Shown here: piece after piece, positions 35,251-43,974 of the stretch
How positions within the stretch are numbered: the first letter of the stretch is position 1
Layout of the letters: every line of letters starts with the position of its first letter
Assembly (NCBI GenBank): GCA_023245335.1
Contig: JAHFKK010000003.1
Location: 1 to 45,694 of the forward strand
DNA length: 45,694 nt
Reading direction: 5' to 3'
From: Candidatus Gottesmanbacteria bacterium
Lineage (GTDB): Bacteria > Patescibacteriota > Microgenomatia > UBA10105 > UBA927
Notes under the pieces: generated by a model
Seen by the model: the letters and a program-made list of their open reading frames with translations, nothing else
Databases searched by the model: none
Told to the model about the DNA's origin: nothing
Made by a program: the position numbers and the translations under genes

Positions 35251-35409
35251 TTATGGCCTTACGATATAATTATCGTCTAATTTTGTATTCCAGTTGCCAT
35301 CGTCTTCAAAAACAAAAATAGCATCAAAATCGTGGCCCTTGATATATACTTTATCGCCTATATTGATTTTTTCGGCCTCTATTTTCTCTAAATATTCCTT
35401 GATCGTCAT
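35251..35409 (-). CDS. Small hypothetical protein (52 aa, not in ORF track)
   Basis: MTIKEYLEKIEAEKINIGDKVYIKGHDFDAIFVFEDDGNWNTKLDDNYIVRP; ATGA overlap with terL. Confidence 0.55.
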   Translation of the reverse strand: MTIKEYLEKIEAEKINIGDKVYIKGHDFDAIFVFEDDGNWNTKLDDNYIVRP

Positions 35410-36731
35410 GCGCTCTGCCTTTCATCCAGCACCGCCCACGGCTCCCACTTCTTCGGTTTGTCGAGGAAGGCGTGGCGGCGCTTCTGAACCGGTTGCGCGA
35501 ACGTTAAGGCCAACGCATCGGCCGTGTCGGGGCTTTTAATGCCACGGGCTTTCATGTCTTCCTTGCGCTCGAGCTTCATGCGGTTTGCAGCGTCGTAGCT
35601 ATAAAGTGGAGAAACCAGGTCCACCCGCAACTCGGGATCTATTGATAGGCACCCCCCCAATTCTATCCACTCACGCATCCGCACCCACATTTCAATGCGC
35701 TTGTTAATGTAAAGCTGCTCGTTCGAAGGCTTGTTGCCACTGTTGATTCCCGTAATGCGGTCCCCGTACTGTTGGCGACGCAGCATGTCAACCACGCCGG
35801 CGCCAACACCCACCACATCGATAAACACGGCGTCCGGGTTGTGCTCGATAATCTTGTGCATCACGTTTTCAGAGAATTGCGCCAAATCTATACCGCTGTA
35901 TTTCTTGATTTCAAGGGTGGCAAGGCCCTGCCGGACATAGATTACGCTTTTATCGTCGCCGAACCGAGCCACGTCAACGCCCATGATAATAGGTTGCTGG
36001 GCATGAGAGGCCTGCGGGATTGTGCGTCCGTAAGCCAACTCCACCGCGTCGATGGTGATAAGCGCATCCTCCACCGAGGCCGTGAAGTCGCACATGTACT
36101 CCTGCCGGAATTTATTATCGGATTGAATGGATTTTTGGAGTGCAATTTCGTCAGCGTCCAGGGCGTCGGTGCCAGTCACGGTGAAAACATCGGAATAATA
36201 GCGCTCAGGGTCAGATACCGCAGCGGTGTAAATCTCATAGAACGAGTTGATTCCCTTCGGTGTGCCGATGAACACAGCCCAACCTTTGCGGTCCGCCAGG
36301 GCCGGCAATACAATTTCGTCCCACACTTCCGGCTTCATTTGGGCGACTTCGTCCATCACCACACCGTCGAAATACATTCCGCGCAGGGCATCAGGATTGT
36401 CAGCCCCGTAAATGCGAATTACGGCTTTATTCGGAAGTGTGATATCAAGCTCGGATTCATTGATTTTGACGCCGGGAATGACTTGGCAGAACCGCTTTAG
36501 GTACATCCAGGCCAGTTGCTTACCTTGGTTGCGGTAGGGAGCCACATATCCATAGCGCGGGTCCTGGAGCTTGCACAGAAGGGCTTGCTTGATGATATGA
36601 TTTACGACGGCAACCGTTTTACCCCAGCGTCGGTGAGCCACAATAATTGAAAAGCGCCGCGACTCCATGCCGGAGTGCATGCGCTTTTGTTGTGGGCGCG
36701 GACGATAAGGGATTGTTATGAGTTGTCCCAT
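35406..36731 (-). CDS. terL: Terminase large subunit
   Basis: HRRWGKT Walker A, LRGMYFDGVVMDE Walker B, IGTPKG, GVDVARFGDD, SPDTADAL. Confidence 0.96.
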   Translation of the reverse strand: MGQLITIPYRPRPQQKRMHSGMESRRFSIIVAHRRWGKTVAVVNHIIKQALLCKLQDPRYGYVAPYRNQGKQLAWMYLKRFCQVIPGVKINESELDITLPNKAVIRIYGADNPDALRGMYFDGVVMDEVAQMKPEVWDEIVLPALADRKGWAVFIGTPKGINSFYEIYTAAVSDPERYYSDVFTVTGTDALDADEIALQKSIQSDNKFRQEYMCDFTASVEDALITIDAVELAYGRTIPQASHAQQPIIMGVDVARFGDDKSVIYVRQGLATLEIKKYSGIDLAQFSENVMHKIIEHNPDAVFIDVVGVGAGVVDMLRRQQYGDRITGINSGNKPSNEQLYINKRIEMWVRMREWIELGGCLSIDPELRVDLVSPLYSYDAANRMKLERKEDMKARGIKSPDTADALALTFAQPVQKRRHAFLDKPKKWEPWAVLDERQSA

Positions 36732-36964
36732 TTAATTGTAAGATCGCCCTCGATGTTCAAGTCAACGTTTTTGGGAATAAGGCCTTTTAAAAAGTTGCTG
36801 TAGAACCAAAGCGGGTCTTTCTGGGCACACGCGCTAAGGCCCTTGCCTCTTTTTTCGAGTTCGGCGGTTACTTTAAGAATGCGCTCAACAATATTAGTGG
36901 GTATTTTGTTCTTTGACCCCCTTGGACGACCAAGCGCCTTAGTATGTCCCTTCTCGAATTTCAT
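36716..36964 (-). CDS. terS: Terminase small subunit
   Basis: FEKGH...GRPRGSKNK N-terminus; directly upstream of terL. Confidence 0.75.
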   Translation of the reverse strand: MKFEKGHTKALGRPRGSKNKIPTNIVERILKVTAELEKRGKGLSACAQKDPLWFYSNFLKGLIPKNVDLNIEGDLTIKWDNS

Positions 36965-37086
36965 TGCGCGCCATTAAAAAATTGTCACTCATAAAGTTCT
37001 GCCCCGAGCCGGACGATTCTCTCACAGAGCATCCGGCCCGAGGCCACCACAAAGGAGAAACGGCGGGAACCACCCCGCTGATATGA

Positions 37087-37116
37087 ATTATATGCATAAC
37101 AGAAACATAAAGTCAA
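37087..37116 (-). promoter_or_regulatory. Late promoter upstream of terS, followed by leader hairpins
   Basis: TTGACT (37111-37116), 18 bp, TATAAT (37087-37092); hairpins at 37061-37080 and 37001-37044. Confidence 0.65.
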
Positions 37117-37138
37117 GGATTATTTTAATCTGTTACGT

Positions 37139-37390
37139 TCACCTCCTTTCGTTTGCGCGCACCTCTGCGCCCCGAGCCGTGCTGATTGCCGCGTATTTGT
37201 GGTATTCGCCCGAGTTGTCCAGGCCGGATTGCATCAACTCGTTATTGCGCTTGCAGTCGTCGCAGTAGATGCGCGGCATGCCGTTGCCTATCCATTTCAG
37301 GCGCACCCAATGTTCGCCTTCGCATGTTGGACATTTGGCGACCATCTTCGTGCCGTAAATTTCCGCGTTGGCTTTGTTGTAGTTGGGCAT
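37139..37390 (-). CDS. Zn-finger protein
   Basis: CPTC...H...YCDDC; last gene before the late promoter. Confidence 0.6.
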   Translation of the reverse strand: MPNYNKANAEIYGTKMVAKCPTCEGEHWVRLKWIGNGMPRIYCDDCKRNNELMQSGLDNSGEYHKYAAISTARGAEVRANERR

Positions 37391-37399
37391 GGCGGATTC

Positions 37400-37639
37400 C
37401 TAAAAATCCTTAACGCATTCTTGGCATAAAAATTTATTACCATTGCCAATAATTTCACCAATAGCCATCATGTCTTCAGGTAAAAAACCATGACCGCACC
37501 AGAAACATTTTTTAAATCTTCTTAGCCCCATTCGCTCCCTTGCGTCATCAAAATCCTTGAAGTTCATAAAGTCTTTTTTAACCCAATTAAATTCTATCGT
37601 TTTGGTGTGAGACGGATTTTTGCGTGATAATTTAAACAT
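37400..37639 (-). CDS. Zn-binding hypothetical protein
   Basis: GGAGG RBS, MFKLSRK start; CFWC...LCQEC. Confidence 0.6.
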   Translation of the reverse strand: MFKLSRKNPSHTKTIEFNWVKKDFMNFKDFDDARERMGLRRFKKCFWCGHGFLPEDMMAIGEIIGNGNKFLCQECVKDF

Positions 37640-37649
37640 CTCATCCTCC

Positions 37650-37880
37650 TTACGGTTGCGGCAGCGGCTTCCAGTGGGTTGGTCCATCTTTAAGCCATCC
37701 CACAACATACGCATCTTTATATCCATGCCCTTTATTAAAAACTCTCCACGGAAATTCTGAATCGTAGGAATGATATGAACCAACAGAAATATCGCCGCAT
37801 CCTTGTTTCAGCAGCACCGCCGTCCCGTCCCGCGGCGCCGTTGCGATTGGTTGCCAGCCATCAGCCTGTTTTTTCTTCAT
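37650..37880 (-). CDS. DUF551-like phage protein
   Basis: WQPIATAPRDGT...PTHWKPLP. Confidence 0.8.
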   Translation of the reverse strand: MKKKQADGWQPIATAPRDGTAVLLKQGCGDISVGSYHSYDSEFPWRVFNKGHGYKDAYVVGWLKDGPTHWKPLPQP

Positions 37881-38319
37881 TGGTAGGCTCCTTGAGTAGG
37901 TTACTGTTTTCGTAGACATTTCCGATTACCTCAATGTCCATGTTAAAAACCTCGCAACTATCCAATGTTGCGATAAACGCACCGCGTGGTCTCATTAAAG
38001 CGAAACCTCCATCATCCCATTCCACTATACATTTCCATTCAGGCTCAAAGCAATCTCCGTTATATCCTTCTGACCGCTTTACGATGTCCCCCTCGTAAAT
38101 TTCCTTGCCATGGCGATCTGTTAAGCCCGTCCACTGCATAATTTCCACACAATCAAGTGGGAATATGTGTTGCGCAAATAAAGATGCTCTTTTTACAACA
38201 CACGTTTTTTGTTCAAGCGCGATAACATCGTACATGCCAGAATATGATTGAAGCGGGTTGTCTGGTTTAATCCACGCCCGGAACTTAAACCGCTCTGTAG
38301 CCTGTTTTTTAGGTGCCAT
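37861..38319 (-). CDS. YopX family protein
   Basis: FKFRAW, MQWTGLTD.HGKEIYEGDIV, EVIGNVYEN. Confidence 0.9.
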   Translation of the reverse strand: MAPKKQATERFKFRAWIKPDNPLQSYSGMYDVIALEQKTCVVKRASLFAQHIFPLDCVEIMQWTGLTDRHGKEIYEGDIVKRSEGYNGDCFEPEWKCIVEWDDGGFALMRPRGAFIATLDSCEVFNMDIEVIGNVYENSNLLKEPTNEEKTG

Positions 38320-38419
38320 TTCGCCCTCACTGCTCTGTACAGATGGTTTTTGGGTAGGTCCGCCAACAGCCACCCCTAATTTATCACGTCGTATTTGATG
38401 CCGTATTCAACGCTCGCCG

Positions 38420-38689
38420 TCATCCTGGAGTCTCATCATTCAATCCTGAACGCTGTATCTCCGGCTCACTGACCGATTCCCGGATCTCTTTCGATTTCAG
38501 CCACTCGAAAATCGATTCGGCCAGATAAAGTGGGTGCCCCTTACCGATTTTGACGTAAGGTATCCGTCCCTCGTAGCGTAACCGTTTGACGGTGCCCACC
38601 GGAACGTCGAGCGCTTTCGCCAGTTCTTCCTCCGACATTGTTTTCCCTACCAGCCACCCCTGCCCGGTCACCTGCTGATTTTCCGTCAT
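38420..38689 (-). CDS. Excisionase-like HTH DNA-binding protein
   Basis: MSEEELAKALDVPVGTVKRLRYEGRIPYVKIG. Confidence 0.75.
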   Translation of the reverse strand: MTENQQVTGQGWLVGKTMSEEELAKALDVPVGTVKRLRYEGRIPYVKIGKGHPLYLAESIFEWLKSKEIRESVSEPEIQRSGLNDETPG

Positions 38690-38885
38690 ATCGCACCTCC
38701 TCCAGAAACGTTTCGATTGCCGAGGCCTTCCGTGGATAGCCCCGAGAGATTGCTATGTTGTGCGCCTCGCGCAGTTTATCTTGAGGCGTGCCCAGCAGCG
38801 ACTGAACGCAACTGCCGCAGATGAAGTCCTTACCGCTGTCCACGCGTCCGCCTTCCTTCGGTGAATCACAATATAGGCAATTCAT
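38541..38885 (-). CDS. Zn-finger hypothetical protein
   Basis: CLYC...FICGSC; GGAGGTG RBS; C-terminus overlaps the next gene. Confidence 0.55.
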   Translation of the reverse strand: MNCLYCDSPKEGGRVDSGKDFICGSCVQSLLGTPQDKLREAHNIAISRGYPRKASAIETFLEEVRYDGKSAGDRAGVAGRENNVGGRTGESARRSGGHRQTVTLRGTDTLRQNR

Positions 38886-38886
38886 G

Positions 38887-39414
38887 TCACACCTCCATCC
38901 CGAGATATTCGCGTATTACTCTAATAGCCTGGTCGCTACCGGCGCAAACTTCGACTTGATATCCTTGCTCAAATAACATTTTGTGAATCATGCGCTGGTC
39001 TGGAGACACAACCCCGCCGGTTCTTTTCTTGATTTCCAAAAATAATCCGTGGTATTCAATTAAATCATCTACAAATTCAACCATTGGTACCGCCAGGAAA
39101 ATGTCAGGCCAGCCACGTATCCGCCCCGCCTTCTTCATCTTGACCGCAGCCCCGATGCTGAGGCGCACCCCGGAGCTATCCCCATGCAGCAGGACAAGGC
39201 GCGGCTCCTGTCCGGTGGAAACCATCAGGCGCGCCCATGAAACAACTTGGCACTGCTCCTGATATTCGGAAGGCATCGGTGCTTTGGATTTCGGAATAGG
39301 TTTCATAATGACCCCCTTTCCGTTGCAAGTCTTGCATGTTGTCTGTAACGCTTCGCCACCTTCATTCCATCCACAACCATCACAATCTGAACATATTTCA
39401 GACTCTTTTTTCAT
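38887..39414 (-). CDS. VRR-NUC domain nuclease with an N-terminal CxxCxGxG Zn finger
   Basis: SEYQEQ, GWPDIFL, GLFLEIK, SPDQ, GYQVEVC. Confidence 0.85.
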   Translation of the reverse strand: MKKESEICSDCDGCGWNEGGEALQTTCKTCNGKGVIMKPIPKSKAPMPSEYQEQCQVVSWARLMVSTGQEPRLVLLHGDSSGVRLSIGAAVKMKKAGRIRGWPDIFLAVPMVEFVDDLIEYHGLFLEIKKRTGGVVSPDQRMIHKMLFEQGYQVEVCAGSDQAIRVIREYLGMEV

Positions 39415-39604
39415 CTTCCACCTCGACGGTTACGGTTGGCTTGCCGCCCGGATAGCGTTTTTCAGCTTCGTGTTCGGCAATTTCGCGCTCGGCCGGGAAC
39501 ATGGTCCAGCCATCTTTGTACCAATGCCACCATTTCGCTCCGGATACGAACGCCCGGCGCATATCGTCATGGGGCCATGTGCCTTCGGTAATTGGTCCGC
39601 TCAT
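39398..39604 (-). CDS. Hypothetical protein
   Basis: AFVSGAKW motif; GGAGG RBS. Confidence 0.6.
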   Translation of the reverse strand: MSGPITEGTWPHDDMRRAFVSGAKWWHWYKDGWTMFPAEREIAEHEAEKRYPGGKPTVTVEVEDEKRV

Positions 39605-39613
39605 CTCGCCCTC

Positions 39614-39862
39614 CTACATTCCCGGCAGCGTTGCCTGAAATGGGTCCAGGTTTTCTTCTTCTGACGCCGCTTGTCGCGGAAACCGTGCCTTGAGCTTGAC
39701 CGCGTACTTGCCGGCGCCAATGGCCTTGAACGCAACCTCGAACCCGGCCTTGGCGGTTGCCTTCTCGGTGCTGTTGATTTCGTCAAGAACATCCTGCTCA
39801 TGGGCGTGCAGGCTCGTCTTAATCCATGTCATGATTCTCTCGGTCGTTTCTTGCGGCAGCAT
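39614..39862 (-). CDS. Hypothetical protein
   Basis: AAGGAGG RBS. Confidence 0.6.
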   Translation of the reverse strand: MLPQETTERIMTWIKTSLHAHEQDVLDEINSTEKATAKAGFEVAFKAIGAGKYAVKLKARFPRQAASEEENLDPFQATLPGM

Positions 39863-39873
39863 GGGGCCTCCTT

Positions 39874-40392
39874 TCAGGTTATGGATTTAAATAAACCGTT
39901 CGCTATCTGTAAAAACTCTTTAGGCGCTTCCAGTAATTCCGGGTTGCCATCGCACATATCGTTCGCCGCGGTGTATGCCTGGATGAAATCCTTGACGAAC
40001 CATTTGTTTTCGTCATCTGTCAAGGTGTCGCACAATGACCGCCATTTAAACCGGCGCTGGAATAGATGCCTTGTAATGGCGTCTTCCCATACCGGCTCAT
40101 TCAGATACCCGTTTTGGCTAACCATCAGTATGACCAAAGCCGCCTGGTCTGTTGCTTTCGATTCAAGTTGGGGAACGTGCTCTTTAAGAAGCTCGTTCAA
40201 TTCACATATTTTCGGAAACCATTTACACGTCTTGATATGCTGCCCGGTAGCAACAGCTATTGAATCAACATCGTAACTTTTTAGCGCATTATGATATAAT
40301 TCAATGACATCAGCCGTCAGTTCGATTTGGTAATAGCTTATCATTCGCATCAGAATTGCATCCACCCTCTGCTTGCGATTGGTTTCGTTCAT
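39874..40392 (-). CDS. Replication accessory protein / putative helicase loader
   Basis: Start MNETNRK; Y.ALKSY..ATGQHIKTCKWFPKICEL pattern; follows the initiator. Confidence 0.65.
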   Translation of the reverse strand: MNETNRKQRVDAILMRMISYYQIELTADVIELYHNALKSYDVDSIAVATGQHIKTCKWFPKICELNELLKEHVPQLESKATDQAALVILMVSQNGYLNEPVWEDAITRHLFQRRFKWRSLCDTLTDDENKWFVKDFIQAYTAANDMCDGNPELLEAPKEFLQIANGLFKSIT

Positions 40393-41140
40393 GCTCCCTC
40401 CTTGCAAATATCTCCATTGTGCGCTGGACACCGGATTTTTTATCTGCGACGCTTCTCTTATTTTTAAAATTTTCGTCATTTCTAATCCACGTCCTGAAAG
40501 CCAAATCCCAACGCTGCATTACATTTCCCCTTGATTGGTGATGTTCACAAAAATGGTCGAATACAGATTTAATACGATCACCATTTACACCATGTTCTTT
40601 AGCGAATTGGATTAGTTTTTCAGAAAGGATAAAATCAGAGGGAAGTTGATGGCGGCGCTTTTTTTCTTCGCCGCCAATATCTTTATTCTTTTCATTATTA
40701 ACATTCTTATCATTCTTGTTATGTACGGTCACTGCCGCACCCTTGAACGGTCCCTCTTGCGTTCGTTGAACGGTTCGTGATTCTTGATTAGGCTGTAACT
40801 TATCGTAATTTATTATTTTAAATAGTGTCCCGCAGTGAACGGTTCGTTGAACGATTCGCTGCTCCTTCGTCAAAGCTTCGCAGATTCTTCGTACAGTGTC
40901 GAAAGAGGGCTTTTTTAGGCGGTATCCAATCATGTATCCGCATTCATCCGCAATGGTGCGGTAAGACCGAATCAACTCTCCGCGCAATATTTCTATCCCC
41001 ATGAAATGTCCTGTATCGTGATTTGCATTTCCTACTAAATAGATAAAGATTTTCAATTTCCAAGGGCTATCAAACCAAAGGCTCGATGTGAAAAGCTTTC
41101 GGTCAAGAGCAAACCATGTTCCTTCTCCTACACGTTCCAC
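40310..41140 (-). CDS. Phage replication initiator (replisome organiser)
   Basis: WFALDRKL, LKIFIYLVGNAN, RGELIRSYRTIA, IINYDKLQ; C-terminal F.EHH...WDLAFRTWIRN. Confidence 0.8.
   Translation of the reverse strand: MERVGEGTWFALDRKLFTSSLWFDSPWKLKIFIYLVGNANHDTGHFMGIEILRGELIRSYRTIADECGYMIGYRLKKPSFDTVRRICEALTKEQRIVQRTVHCGTLFKIINYDKLQPNQESRTVQRTQEGPFKGAAVTVHNKNDKNVNNEKNKDIGGEEKKRRHQLPSDFILSEKLIQFAKEHGVNGDRIKSVFDHFCEHHQSRGNVMQRWDLAFRTWIRNDENFKNKRSVADKKSGVQRTMEIFARREHERNQSQAEGGCNSDANDKLLPNRTDG
40743..40859. repeat. Iteron-like repeats (TGAACGGTTCGT consensus), candidate replication origin
   Basis: Copies at about 40743, 40766, 40835 and 40848 inside the initiator gene, next to AT-rich tracts. Confidence 0.6.
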
Positions 41141-41532
41141 TTAGCACCCTTCTTAGAATTGCATGGCTTACATAAAATTTGCAGGTTTTCAAACTTATCC
41201 GATCCACCTTTAGATACAGGGTGAATATGGTCAACGGTAAGATTTTGTGTTGATTCACAATGAACGCATTTAAAATTATATTTATATTTCAACCGTTCAA
41301 AAAGTTTTTTATTTTGGCTTAATGATGGGTGCTTCTTACGATTGTGCCCTGACTTGACAAGGGAAGAATAAATTAGATGTACTATTCCACCATTTCCAAA
41401 ACACATTTTTAAATAAATCTCACTACTTAAACACAAAAAACATTCTGCACAAATAAATTTATTTTTGAATGGCAAATAAGGTTCACCTGTTTTTTCTTGT
41501 TCTATCAATCTTTCACAAATAGAACATTTCAT
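41128..41532 (-). CDS. HNH endonuclease
   Basis: CVHC...LTVDHIHPVSKGGSDKFENLQILCKPCNSKKG; start MKCSIC. Confidence 0.9.
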   Translation of the reverse strand: MKCSICERLIEQEKTGEPYLPFKNKFICAECFLCLSSEIYLKMCFGNGGIVHLIYSSLVKSGHNRKKHPSLSQNKKLFERLKYKYNFKCVHCESTQNLTVDHIHPVSKGGSDKFENLQILCKPCNSKKGAKWNV

Positions 41533-41540
41533 AGCAACCC

Positions 41541-41699
41541 CTACAAACGAAAACGCCCGCTCCACCGTGTGTCTATCGAAGGGTGCCTATGGCGTCTTCG
41601 CACGATGAAGCGGGCGTCACTGAGATTGTTGGTTGTTGCCATAAAAAACACCCTTTCGATAGACACCCCCACCGTACCACACCGCCCCCTGCATGTCAA
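41541..41699 (-). promoter_or_regulatory. Promoter, 33-aa uORF and alternative-hairpin leader
   Basis: TTGACA-17-TACGGT (41671-41699); uORF 41541-41642; stem 41553-41569/41601-41617 whose loop is complementary to 41638-41666. Confidence 0.6.
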
Positions 41700-41962
41700 C
41701 CCCTAAGTGACTCGACGTACCGCATCAGCAACTCGATTATGCACCGCTCCACTTCCAGTTCCCGCTCCACCCTCGCGCTATGGTGCTCAGCGCACAACGG
41801 TATCGTAACGTAGTCGTGCGGCTTTATCGCCATGCCGGAGCCCCAGTAGCTGCGCCTGACGTGGTGCGCCTGGGACTTGCGACCGCACAGCGGGCAGGGT
41901 TGGGAGCGCACGAATTTTAGATAAGCGGCGTTGCGGTGCGGGGTGAGTTTTTTGATTTCCAT
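41696..41962 (-). CDS. DUF968-like HNH-related nuclease
   Basis: YLKFVRSQPCPLCG..AHH..GSGMAIKPHDYVTIPLCAEHH. Confidence 0.8.
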   Translation of the reverse strand: MEIKKLTPHRNAAYLKFVRSQPCPLCGRKSQAHHVRRSYWGSGMAIKPHDYVTIPLCAEHHSARVERELEVERCIIELLMRYVESLRG

Positions 41963-41967
41963 TTCAC

Positions 41968-42263
41968 GCCTCCATCACAGCGCGGATGAACAATGGTTAA
42001 TACCACCTATCTTGTTCACCCCAATACCTTTCATCTTTTTCTTGCTGTTCTATCAATGCATCGCGGCAATCATCGCACATATCTGAAATTCCGTTACCAT
42101 CGCATTCGGGGCATTCTTCGATTTCGTCCTGGTCATCGCAACGGTGATTTCCAAGATATTCGCCGCTAAATGAAATCCAGATATTTCCGGTCCCATCACA
42201 TTCTGCACAGATTATACATTTACAATTAAGCGTCATAATGCCTCCATCACGGCGCGGATGAAC
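41968..42263. repeat. 24-bp direct repeat (1 mismatch) containing an RBS and flanking one gene
   Basis: gcctccatcac(a/g)gcgcggatgaac at 41968-41991 and 42240-42263. Confidence 0.85.
41997..42236 (-). CDS. DnaJ-type Zn-finger small protein
   Basis: CAECDGTG...CPECDGNG; start MTLNCKC. Confidence 0.65.
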   Translation of the reverse strand: MTLNCKCIICAECDGTGNIWISFSGEYLGNHRCDDQDEIEECPECDGNGISDMCDDCRDALIEQQEKDERYWGEQDRWY

Positions 42264-42270
42264 GCCTCGG

Positions 42271-42567
42271 CTAATCCACGAAGGGCTTGATGGATTTCTT
42301 GGCTTTGTCAATAATGCTTTTCCACCTATTGGGCCAATGATAACGAGCATCCTCATTGTGGCTATGTTCTAATGGGAAATCTTTATATGGCTGGTTGCTA
42401 ATCAGATATTCTACAAACTCCACCAGCGCGTCAACCTCGGCGGCGGGGTAGTAGTAGCCGGAACGCCCTGTTATATCGCTTTCCCAATAATGACCTGGAG
42501 ACGTTCCCGTAATATTAGACAAACAAATATATTTGAACTGTATCTTTTTCACGTTTCCTCCTGTCAC
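42271..42567 (-). CDS. Hypothetical protein
   Basis: ORF; start probably the internal GTG (VKKIQ). Confidence 0.5.
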   Translation of the reverse strand: MTGGNVKKIQFKYICLSNITGTSPGHYWESDITGRSGYYYPAAEVDALVEFVEYLISNQPYKDFPLEHSHNEDARYHWPNRWKSIIDKAKKSIKPFVD

Positions 42568-42812
42568 TATTCCGTCAGCGCATAGGCCCCGCCGTGGCGA
42601 AACGGGGAGTCTGATAGCCGCTTGGTTATGGTATTATCGTCCACTTCCTCAACCTGCCGCACGTCGCCGCAGATTGGGCAGGTGAAGACTACCGTGTTGC
42701 TCTCGCGCCGGGCGGTGCAAATGTGCTCGGAGATGGTGAAGTCAAGATTGAAGATGTTCATCGGTATATAGGCGATCCCGAAGACCTTGGTTCTTGATCG
42801 CACTTCGGGCAA
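42567..42812 (-). CDS. Small Zn-ribbon hypothetical protein
   Basis: FTCPICG; true start probably MNIFNLD. Confidence 0.5.
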   Translation of the reverse strand: MPEVRSRTKVFGIAYIPMNIFNLDFTISEHICTARRESNTVVFTCPICGDVRQVEEVDDNTITKRLSDSPFRHGGAYALTE

Positions 42813-42970
42813 TATGGTTCTATGCTACGACTGCACTTACCACTTCCAGAGCAAGGAAAGGGTCCGTCCCATATAGGATGATTCACTTCTTTTCCAAGGA
42901 TATCACTACCACAAACCTTGCATTTATAACTACCATCTTCTTGAGGGATATCATCTTTAATATTTCTCAT
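42758..42970 (-). CDS. Small Zn-finger hypothetical protein
   Basis: AAGGAGG RBS, MRNIKDD; CKVCG...YCPKC. Confidence 0.55.
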   Translation of the reverse strand: MRNIKDDIPQEDGSYKCKVCGSDILGKEVNHPIWDGPFPCSGSGKCSRSIEPYCPKCDQEPRSSGSPIYR

Positions 42971-43458
42971 TAATCCTCCTTTAGCGCAGTGAGGGCGGCG
43001 CGGCATAAAACTAAGGCAAGATTGGAGTTATCATAATCTCCATTAAAGCCATCGTCTATGATAAAAGCATCGTTATTTTTAAAATACGCTCCATGGCAAC
43101 TATATGCCCATTTAGCATCGTCTTGAAGGAATCGTTCAATTTTATACCAGCCAAATGCCTTATCTGCTACCATGAAGGCTTGTTCGATGGAAGTGTCGGG
43201 GTGCCAATCCTGCCAGCGATCTAACTTTTCATCCCATATGCACGGGCAGGTATTGACTAACTCGAATTTATATCCGCACAACTCCGCCAGCTTCTTGAGT
43301 TCGTCAGGATTGAGCATCTTTGGCCTCCTTAGCAAGCTTCTCGTCTGCCATCCGCCAGCCATTTTTCTCGGGGTACTGTCTTCTCCTATACAGACAAGGT
43401 TTACCTGCCATTCTATCGTCATATCCTTTTTGAGTTCGCTGTTTAAGGATTTTTCCAA
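42970..43458 (-). CDS. Phage protein with a WHPDTSIEQAF...LCRAAL motif (NinX/ABA-sandwich-like)
   Basis: Motif; true start probably MLNPDEL. Confidence 0.6.
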   Translation of the reverse strand: MEKSLNSELKKDMTIEWQVNLVCIGEDSTPRKMAGGWQTRSLLRRPKMLNPDELKKLAELCGYKFELVNTCPCIWDEKLDRWQDWHPDTSIEQAFMVADKAFGWYKIERFLQDDAKWAYSCHGAYFKNNDAFIIDDGFNGDYDNSNLALVLCRAALTALKED

Positions 43459-43502
43459 GACCTGAAATTAAAGATTCTGCCGTTTCAACATAACCAGCAT
43501 AA

Positions 43503-43952
43503 TTATGTTTTATTTACACCTTCGGACTCCTTGAGGGCTTGTCTGGCTCTATCTCTAATAGCGCGCTGAATATCGTCTTCAGGAAAAGAGCACCCCCTCT
43601 CGATGCTTTTCAATGCCTCCACCAGCATCCGATTATGCTGCTCACATATTCTTAGATCAGATAAAATCGAATCAGCCTCACTACAAGCACATTTATACAT
43701 AGACTCAAGCTCGGCAATGCGTCTAATGCACCCATTGAGTGCCTCATAGTGTTCGCACTTGCATTCGGCATCGCGGGCCTTTAAGGTCGCCTCAAGCTCC
43801 TGCGAATAAAGTGATAATTCATTGACTGATTTTTGCTCACGTTGTAGTTGGGCTTCAAGCTCGGCAATGCGAGATTTAAGTTTTTTAAAATTTACACACT
43901 CGCTTACTTCACTCCATACTGGTTGTTCGGGCGGTAACTGCTCCCATCCCAT
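43503..43952 (-). CDS. Coiled-coil protein (RIAELE repeats)
   Basis: AAGGAGG RBS; heptad repeats. Confidence 0.6.
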   Translation of the reverse strand: MGWEQLPPEQPVWSEVSECVNFKKLKSRIAELEAQLQREQKSVNELSLYSQELEATLKARDAECKCEHYEALNGCIRRIAELESMYKCACSEADSILSDLRICEQHNRMLVEALKSIERGCSFPEDDIQRAIRDRARQALKESEGVNKT

Positions 43953-43974
43953 AACATCCTCCTTTTCGGGCCGG

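Noticed and set aside
43705-43871. 17-bp repeat tcaagctcggcaatgcg
   Set aside because: Explained by the RIAELE coiled-coil repeat in the protein
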